A stretch of 32,000 nucleotides of DNA from Candidatus Paracaedimonas acanthamoebae (GTDB lineage Bacteria > Pseudomonadota > Alphaproteobacteria > Caedimonadales > Caedimonadaceae): assembly GCA_000743035.1 (NCBI GenBank), contig CP008936.1, forward strand, positions 1,080,001-1,112,000. The letters are read 5' to 3'. Both the position numbers and the translations under genes were made by a program. The notes under the pieces are model-generated. The model made no database searches. It was not told the origin of the DNA and saw only the letters and a list, made by a program, of their open reading frames with translations. This document shows positions 25,508 through 32,000 of the stretch, piece after piece. How positions within the stretch are numbered: position 1 is the stretch's first letter; every line of letters starts with the position of its first letter.

Positions 25508-27823
25508 ATGAAACAACCAAATATGAAAAATGATCTTTATTTAAGTGCTCTTGATTATCATCGCTTTCCTAAACCCGGAAAGCTTTCTTTGACGGCCACC
25601 AAACCGCTTGCCAATCAAAGAGATCTTTCGCTTGCTTATTCGCCAGGTGTGGCCGCTGCTTGCGAAGAAATTGTTCGCGATGAGCAAGAGGTTGCTCACC
25701 TTACTGCGCGTGCAAATCTTGTGGGGGTTATTACCAATGGCAGTGCTGTCCTTGGTCTCGGCAATATAGGGCCTTTAGCCTCTAAGCCCGTGATGGAAGG
25801 CAAAGCCGTTCTCTTTAAAAAATTCGCAGGAATTGACGTCTTTGATATTGAAATTAAAGAAAATGACCCCGAAAAACTTATTGATATCATTGCAAGTCTT
25901 GAACCAACTTTTGGGGCTTTAAATCTTGAGGATATCAAGGCACCTGAATGCTTTTTTATTGAGGAAGAGCTCAAAAAGCGACTCAAAATTCCTGTTTTTC
26001 ATGATGATCAACATGGAACAGCCATCATTGTTGCTGCGGCTGTCTTGAATGCCCTGGAGCTTGTTAATAAGAAAATCAATCAAGTAAAGCTTGTGACTTC
26101 AGGTGCGGGAGCCGCGGCTCTTGCTTGCTTAAAACTTTTAACAGAACTTGGCCTTCCTAAAGAAAATATTTTCATTTCTGATCTTGATGGGGTGGTTTAC
26201 GAAGGCCGTGAAAAAGGAATGGACCCCCATAAAAAATGCTTTGCTCAAAAAACCAACGCAAGGCATTTGAATGAAATTATAGAAGACGCTGACATCTTTT
26301 TAGGACTCTCTGTTGGAAATGTTTTAAAACCGGAAATGCTTACAAAAATGGCCCCTTCTCCTTTAATTTTTGCTTTAGCAAACCCTACACCGGAGATTGA
26401 TCCTATCATGGCGAAAGCCCTCCGTCCTGATGCCATTGTTGCCACGGGCCGTTCGGATTTCCCAAATCAAGTTAACAATGTCTTATGCTTTCCTTTTATT
26501 TTTCGAGGGGCTTTAGATGCCGGTGCAACCATGATTAATGAAGAGATGAAGTTAGCTTGTGTGCATGCACTCGCAAATCTTGCAAAGGCTGAATTATCAG
26601 ATATTGTTGCACATGCCTATGGAGATGATGAGTTAATCTTCGGTCCTCAGTATATCATTCCTAAACCTTTTGATCCTCGTTTGATGACTGAAATTGCTCC
26701 AGCAGTTGCAAAAGCTGCCATGGATTCAGGTGTTGCAATGCGTCCTATAGAGTGCCTTGATGCTTATAAACAAAGATTAAGCGAGTATGTTTACCGATCT
26801 GGCCTCACCATGAAGCCACTCTTTACCCAGGCAAAAAAATCACCCAAACGTATTGTTTTTGCCGAGGGAGAAGAAGAGCGCGTTTTACGAGCGGTCCAGA
26901 TTATATGTGATGAAGGATTAGGACATCCTATCTTGATTGCCCGTAAGAATGTTCTTGAAAAAAGACTTCAGCGGCTAGGCTTACGCCTTATCCCAGAAAA
27001 AGATTTTGACGTTGTCGATCCAGAAAAAGATCCACGCTACAATGATTATTGGCAAGATTATCATGCCCTTTTAGAACGTTCAGGCATTACACCAGATTCT
27101 GCAAAACTTATTGTTCGCACAAACCCTACAGTCATTGCAGCAATGATGCTCAAGAGGAATGATGCTGATGCCATGATTTGTGGTATTTATGGTCGCCATC
27201 CTCATCACCTCAACCACATACAAACGATTATTGGACAACACCTTGATATTAATGTGTGGGCAACCTTAAATGCTGTTGTCACTGAAAAAGGGGTCATTTT
27301 TATTACAGATGCTTATGTCAATGAAGATCCAACCGCCGACCAATTGACCGAAATTACGCACTTAGCAGCAGCAAAAGTACGAGAATTTGGCATTATTCCA
27401 AAAATAGGGCTCCTTTCTCACTCTAATTTTGGCACAAGCAATTCTGCTTCAGCTTGTAAAATGCGAACTGTTTTAGAGCAATTACGCCAGCAGGCTCCTG
27501 ACCTAGAAGTTGAAGGGGAAATGCATGCTGATGCCGCTCTTTCAGAAATTTTACGTAAAAAAATATTTCCTCATTCCCAACTTCAAGGAAGCGCTAATCT
27601 TCTTGTCATGCCTAATTTAGATGCAGCAAATATTGCTTTTAATCTCGTAAAAATTATGGCTGATGGACAAAATATTGGTCCAATTTTATTAGGTGCCTCC
27701 AAAGCAGCACATATTGTTACACCGTCTATAACTGTCCGAGGCCTGCTCAATATGACAGCCGTTGCTGTGGTAGATGCCCAAATGAAGGCTCTCTCTAATA
27801 CGATATTGGAAATAGGAATGTAG
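25508..27823 (+). CDS. maeB: NADP-dependent malic enzyme, MaeB type (malic enzyme fused to a phosphotransacetylase-like domain)
   Basis: 771 aa. The N-terminal malic enzyme and NAD(P)-binding domains show [21 protein letters not shown] and GAGAAA. The C-terminal roughly 330 aa are PTA-like. Confidence 0.9.
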   Translation: MKQPNMKNDLYLSALDYHRFPKPGKLSLTATKPLANQRDLSLAYSPGVAAACEEIVRDEQEVAHLTARANLVGVITNGSAVLGLGNIGPLASKPVMEGKAVLFKKFAGIDVFDIEIKENDPEKLIDIIASLEPTFGALNLEDIKAPECFFIEEELKKRLKIPVFHDDQHGTAIIVAAAVLNALELVNKKINQVKLVTSGAGAAALACLKLLTELGLPKENIFISDLDGVVYEGREKGMDPHKKCFAQKTNARHLNEIIEDADIFLGLSVGNVLKPEMLTKMAPSPLIFALANPTPEIDPIMAKALRPDAIVATGRSDFPNQVNNVLCFPFIFRGALDAGATMINEEMKLACVHALANLAKAELSDIVAHAYGDDELIFGPQYIIPKPFDPRLMTEIAPAVAKAAMDSGVAMRPIECLDAYKQRLSEYVYRSGLTMKPLFTQAKKSPKRIVFAEGEEERVLRAVQIICDEGLGHPILIARKNVLEKRLQRLGLRLIPEKDFDVVDPEKDPRYNDYWQDYHALLERSGITPDSAKLIVRTNPTVIAAMMLKRNDADAMICGIYGRHPHHLNHIQTIIGQHLDINVWATLNAVVTEKGVIFITDAYVNEDPTADQLTEITHLAAAKVREFGIIPKIGLLSHSNFGTSNSASACKMRTVLEQLRQQAPDLEVEGEMHADAALSEILRKKIFPHSQLQGSANLLVMPNLDAANIAFNLVKIMADGQNIGPILLGASKAAHIVTPSITVRGLLNMTAVAVVDAQMKALSNTILEIGM

Positions 27824-27825
27824 CT

Positions 27826-29214
27826 ATGGTTACAGAACACCTCTCTTTACCCGAAGATGCTCTTGCAGAAAACCTTTTTGGGATTTCAGAAGAACGTATT
27901 TACGCTATTTCACTTGCCTTAGAAAAAAAAGACTATGAAAAGGTCCATCAGCTTATTGAAAATCTACACGCCGCTGATGTTGCGGATCTTATTTCTTCTT
28001 TGCAACCAGAGTTACGTGAGCATTTTGTAAGCATTATTAAAGATTCTCTCAACCCAGAGATTTTAGCAAATCTTGACATCCCCACAAGAGTTCAAGTTCT
28101 TAAAATGCTAGGGCCTGAGCTTATTGCGGACGCCTTAAAATCTTTGGCAAGTGATGATGCCCTTGAAGTTCTTTCCTCTTTAGAAAAAGAACAACAAGAA
28201 CGTGTTCTGCAGGCTATGCTGCCAAGAGAGCGGGCTATGCTTGAGAAGTTCCTAAGCTACCCTAAGGATAGTGCAGGCCGACTTATGCAGCGTGAGTTGG
28301 TCTGTGTTCCCCCTTTTTGGACGGTGAGTGAAACTTTACACTTCATCCAAAATTCTCATGACTTACCTGAACACTTTTATACAATTTATATCATTGATCC
28401 ACGTCAACACCCTCTAGGAGAAATTTCTTTAAGTCTCCTCCTGCGTCATCAGCCGGATACCATTGTCTCAGATATTATGAATCATGATATAAGATCTATT
28501 CTTGTTACGAAAGATCAAGAAGAAGTTGCTTTTGCTTTCCGACATTATGGTTTTGTCTCAGCTCCTGTTATTGATGAATCTGGTCGTATTGTTGGGATGA
28601 TTACCGTTGACGATGTTGTCGATGTTATTGGGGAAGAAGTAGAAGAAGATATCCTTCACATTTCTAAAGTCCATGAATCAAACGTTAATGAGCCCGTAAG
28701 CAATACGGCCTATTGGCGTATTCGATGGTTAATAATTACACTTATCAATACGCTTATCGCTTCATTTGTTATTGCACAATTTCAAGTATCAATTCAAAAA
28801 ATTACGGCTCTTTCCTTTTTAATGACAATTAATGCGGCAATGGGTGGAAATTCTGGAATGCAGGTTGTTACCATTGTTGTAAGAGCACTTGCCACGCGCC
28901 AGCTACGTGAGAGTGATATCTGGAGGGCTATCTCGCGAGAGGTACTTGTAAGCTTGATAACAGGGACGTTTTTCGCATGCCTACTAGGTGGAATTGCCGC
29001 ATTGTGGGTAAATGATTTATGGTTAGGTGCTATTTTGGCAATTGCTCTCTTTTGTAATATGTTATGGGCTGCCTTTGCAGGCACAATGTTCCCTATTTTA
29101 ATTCATCGACTAGGTTTAGATCCAGCCGTCAGTGCCGGTCCTATTTTAACAACAACAACAGATGTTTTTGGTTATGCAATATTTCTTGGACTTGCGACCT
29201 TAATTTTGCTCTAA
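27826..29214 (+). CDS. mgtE: magnesium transporter MgtE
   Basis: 462 aa with an MgtE N-domain, tandem CBS domains and a C-terminal 5-TM domain carrying GGNSGMQ and TTTDV motifs. It starts 2 nt after the maeB stop. Confidence 0.9.
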   Translation: MVTEHLSLPEDALAENLFGISEERIYAISLALEKKDYEKVHQLIENLHAADVADLISSLQPELREHFVSIIKDSLNPEILANLDIPTRVQVLKMLGPELIADALKSLASDDALEVLSSLEKEQQERVLQAMLPRERAMLEKFLSYPKDSAGRLMQRELVCVPPFWTVSETLHFIQNSHDLPEHFYTIYIIDPRQHPLGEISLSLLLRHQPDTIVSDIMNHDIRSILVTKDQEEVAFAFRHYGFVSAPVIDESGRIVGMITVDDVVDVIGEEVEEDILHISKVHESNVNEPVSNTAYWRIRWLIITLINTLIASFVIAQFQVSIQKITALSFLMTINAAMGGNSGMQVVTIVVRALATRQLRESDIWRAISREVLVSLITGTFFACLLGGIAALWVNDLWLGAILAIALFCNMLWAAFAGTMFPILIHRLGLDPAVSAGPILTTTTDVFGYAIFLGLATLILL

Positions 29215-29252
29215 TAATTGCAATAAAATATAAAAAAGGGAAAGGGAAGCAT

Positions 29253-30440
29253 ATGTCTAAAAATGAAATTTGTATTGTTGCCGCAAAAAGGACGCCAATG
29301 GGTGCCTTCCAAGGAGTATTAAGTTCTGTCACAGCTCTTGAACTTGGTGCCCATGCTATTCGTTCTGTCCTCCAAGATACTCCCTTACCTCCATCTAACA
29401 TAAAAGAAGTTATTATGGGGTGTGTTCTGCCTGCAAGTTTGGGGCAAGCCCCAGCAAGACAGGCAGCAATAACTGCAGGCCTTTCATCGAGCGTAGGTGC
29501 CACAACAATTAATAAAGTATGTGGATCAGGTATGAAAGCAATTATGCTTGCTCACGACCAAATTAAAGCCGATGAAGATTCAATTATCATTGCAGGAGGC
29601 ATGGAAAGCATGAGTAATGCTCCTTATCTCCTTTTAAATGCACGCAAAGGATATCGCGCAGGTCATGATAAACTTATTGATCACATGATGTACGATGGCC
29701 TGGAAGATGCCTACAAAAAAGGCTGCTCAATGGGGGCTTTAGGAGAAATCGCTGTAGAACAGTGCCAGTTAACACGTAACCAACAAGATGAGTTCGCAGC
29801 ACTGTCAGCAAAGCGAGCTTTACAAGCAATCAACGAGGGTTGGTTTCAAGCTGAAACTTCACCAATTTCAATAAATTTTGGAAAAGAAGTCAAAATGGTT
29901 GCAGAAGATGAACCTCCTACACGCGTTAAGTTTGACAAGATCCCTCTTCTTAAACCTGCCTTTAAAGAAGGTGGAACAATTACGGCAGCAAATTCAAGTC
30001 CTCTTACAGATGGTGCAGCGGCTGTTGTTTTAATGACCACATCTAAGGCACAAGAACATAATCTTTCTCCTCGTGCGATTATTCGGGGTCACGTTACCTA
30101 TTCTCACGATCCTGATTTGTTTACATTGGCACCTATCAATGCTATTAAAATATTACTTGAGAAAATTAATTGGCAAATAGACGATGTTAATCTGTTTGAA
30201 ATTAATGAAGCTTTCGCACTTGTTCCTATAGCTGTTATAAAAGAGTTAAAATTAGATATTAATAAAGTCAACATACATGGTGGGGCTTGCGCACTAGGTC
30301 ATCCCATTGGTGCAAGTGGGACACGCATTGTTGTCACTCTCCTCCACGCCTTAGAAAAATATAACCTTAAACGAGGTATCGCGACTCTTTGTATCGGCGG
30401 CGGAGAAGCAACAGCTATTGCCATTGAAAGACTAGAATAA
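29253..30440 (+). CDS. acetyl-CoA C-acetyltransferase (thiolase II)
   Basis: The start is trimmed to MSKNEICIVAAKRTPMG at ATG 29253, because the longer ORF overlaps mgtE. It has the active Cys in NKVCGSGMKA, plus NIHGGACALGHPIGASG and CIGGGEA. Confidence 0.9.
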   Translation: MSKNEICIVAAKRTPMGAFQGVLSSVTALELGAHAIRSVLQDTPLPPSNIKEVIMGCVLPASLGQAPARQAAITAGLSSSVGATTINKVCGSGMKAIMLAHDQIKADEDSIIIAGGMESMSNAPYLLLNARKGYRAGHDKLIDHMMYDGLEDAYKKGCSMGALGEIAVEQCQLTRNQQDEFAALSAKRALQAINEGWFQAETSPISINFGKEVKMVAEDEPPTRVKFDKIPLLKPAFKEGGTITAANSSPLTDGAAAVVLMTTSKAQEHNLSPRAIIRGHVTYSHDPDLFTLAPINAIKILLEKINWQIDDVNLFEINEAFALVPIAVIKELKLDINKVNIHGGACALGHPIGASGTRIVVTLLHALEKYNLKRGIATLCIGGGEATAIAIERLE

Positions 30441-30441
30441 A

Positions 30442-31359
30442 ATGACTTTAAAAGATATTATAACTGCAATCTTTGTTGTATTCTTGTGGTCTACAAGTCT
30501 TCTTGTCCAAAAGTTTGCCGTAAATCATATCTCAATCTATATTCTCGGTGTTTTGCGTCTACTTTCAGCTGCCCCCCTTCTCCTGATTTACCGGCAACCA
30601 CCTCACCAATTATGGCGTTATTTAGTTGCTGGTTTTTTTTGGAATATACTGAATTTTTTATTTATTGGCTTTGGCTTTAAATCAGGGGTGGGAGCAGGCA
30701 TTGCCTCATTTTTAATACAAACAAATGTCTTTTTCGGTGTCTTCTTTTGTTATCTTTTTTTGCGCGAAAATGTCCATATTCTTGAAATAGCCGGTATGTT
30801 TATTGCCTTTTATGGTGTTTACTTACTAACACAAAATGGTTCTCACATCTTACAGGGAAGTACAATGATAGGCATAATCTCCATCTTATTTTCGGCTGTT
30901 TGTTGGGGAATTGGTTTTATGCTTCTGAAAAAAATGAAGATTGGCGCCACTATGGCTGATACCGTATGGCTTTCAGTTGTTTCTGCCCCTTCTCTATTTG
31001 CTCTTCTCTTGATGCTTGAAGGCCCTCAAAAAACTATGTTTGAGTTTTCTCATTTAAATCCTCTTAGCCTTGCTTGTGCATTATATGTGGGATTTGCATC
31101 AACAATTTGCGCAAGTTATTTATGGTTAAACCTAGCACACAGAGTTTCTTCTTCTCAGCAAGCTCCTTTCATGCTCCTCTTGCCAATATTTACATGTGTC
31201 TTTTCCGCTGTATTTATGCAAGAAATGTTAACACTTTCTCAACTTTTTGCGGGTGTAATTATTTTAATTGGAGTCTTTGTAACACGTTGTACTCCTCTCT
31301 TAAAACGATTTAAAATGGATACTCTTTTAATTAAACTTAAAGTTACGACTCATGATTGA
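30442..31359 (+). CDS. EamA/DMT-superfamily transporter
   Basis: 305 aa with about 10 predicted TM segments arranged as two EamA-like halves. It starts 1 nt after the thiolase stop. Confidence 0.75.
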   Translation: MTLKDIITAIFVVFLWSTSLLVQKFAVNHISIYILGVLRLLSAAPLLLIYRQPPHQLWRYLVAGFFWNILNFLFIGFGFKSGVGAGIASFLIQTNVFFGVFFCYLFLRENVHILEIAGMFIAFYGVYLLTQNGSHILQGSTMIGIISILFSAVCWGIGFMLLKKMKIGATMADTVWLSVVSAPSLFALLLMLEGPQKTMFEFSHLNPLSLACALYVGFASTICASYLWLNLAHRVSSSQQAPFMLLLPIFTCVFSAVFMQEMLTLSQLFAGVIILIGVFVTRCTPLLKRFKMDTLLIKLKVTTHD

Positions 31360-32000
31360 TTTTGATAAACTTCGCATCTTTTATCATGTTGCTAAAGAAG
31401 GTTCCGTAAAACGAGCTGCTCAAAATTTAGAGAAAAATCCGACTTCGATTTGGAAGCATATTATGGATTTGGAGTATCACTTTAAAGCAAAATTATTTCT
31501 TCGACGTAAAAAGATTGGCTTAGAACTTACAGAACTAGGAGAAAGCCTTTTTAAAGACGTTAATAGCTTGATTCCAAGCTTAGAACGTGCTTGTACACGC
31601 TATACTCAAGAAGAAAAAATAAAAGATGACTTATTTATTATTACAACAAATGGTGTTGTAAGTATTTGGCTGATTGAAAAATTAAAACCTTTCCTTGAAT
31701 ATAAACAGGATATCAGAGTAAGAATTTCAACAACAAACTCAGAGGTGGATTTTTTAAACTCCAAGGCTGATATAGGTATCTTCTCCAAAGTTAATTATTC
31801 TGAAGGGTTAACTCAACAGAAACTTTTAACGTATCATAGTAAACTTTTTGCAAGCCAAGAGTACTTAGATAAGTATGGTGTTCCTAAAACAATTGATGAT
31901 TTAAAAAACCATAAGTTAATTAGTTTTTATCCTGAGCTTCCAGGATATCGGGGTAATGTTGATTGGCATCTGCAAGAAGAGATGCCCCCACATACTTTAC
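31352..32000 (+). CDS. LysR-family transcriptional regulator (5' part; runs off the right edge)
   Basis: ATG 31352 overlaps the EamA stop (ATGATTGA). The LysR wHTH is MIDFDKLRIFYHVAKEGSVKRAAQNLEKNPTSIWKHIMDLE, followed by a substrate-binding fold. The frame stays open to the window end, so it is absent from the ORF track. Confidence 0.8.
   Translation, partial: MIDFDKLRIFYHVAKEGSVKRAAQNLEKNPTSIWKHIMDLEYHFKAKLFLRRKKIGLELTELGESLFKDVNSLIPSLERACTRYTQEEKIKDDLFIITTNGVVSIWLIEKLKPFLEYKQDIRVRISTTNSEVDFLNSKADIGIFSKVNYSEGLTQQKLLTYHSKLFASQEYLDKYGVPKTIDDLKNHKLISFYPELPGYRGNVDWHLQEEMPPHTL

Noticed and set aside
27821-27828. Very tight gene junctions (maeB/mgtE 2 nt apart, thiolase/EamA 1 nt apart, EamA/LysR 8-nt overlap) as evidence of a functional module.
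   Set aside because: Tight packing is general across this window. The products have no established functional connection, so adjacency alone is not evidence.

Overview
AT-rich bacterial chromosome segment. Gene content and synteny look alphaproteobacterial, possibly an intracellular Rickettsiales/Holosporales-like lineage; that placement is inference only. Most of the window is ordinary housekeeping. It holds a CPA2 K+ efflux antiporter, a small lipoprotein, a candidate 6S RNA followed by 5-formyl-THF cyclo-ligase and a YmdB-like phosphoesterase, and a patatin-like lipase. Next come RNase HII and a roughly 1050-aa AsmA/YhdP-like envelope protein, Bcp, HflK-HflC-DegP, and an alpha/beta hydrolase. 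A complete isc Fe-S operon follows (iscR, a nifS-like gene, iscS, iscU, iscA, hscB, hscA) and ends in an exported rhodanese. The rest is tRNA-Leu(GAG), malic enzyme MaeB, MgtE, a thiolase, an EamA transporter and a partial LysR regulator. There are three small accessory or decaying islets. (1) At 4.2-6.5 kb there is a GC-rich hairpin repeat, a decayed IS6-family element with recognisable inverted repeats, an orphan 222-codon ORF whose 3' end is supplied by the IS, and 0.8 kb of ORF-free wreckage. (2) At 16.7-17.4 kb there is a multiply disrupted beta-helix (Pmp/autotransporter-passenger-like) surface-protein pseudogene. (3) At 24.2-25.5 kb there is a 1.3 kb gene-free tract after tRNA-Leu carrying three copies of a short GC-rich palindromic repeat, with a fourth related copy at 4.2 kb. 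I saw no CRISPR array, no rRNA and no recognisable defence, toxin-antitoxin or secretion gene cluster. I cannot honestly nominate a convincing novel multi-gene system here. The items most worth follow-up are the orphan ORF, the dispersed palindromic repeat family and the candidate 6S RNA.
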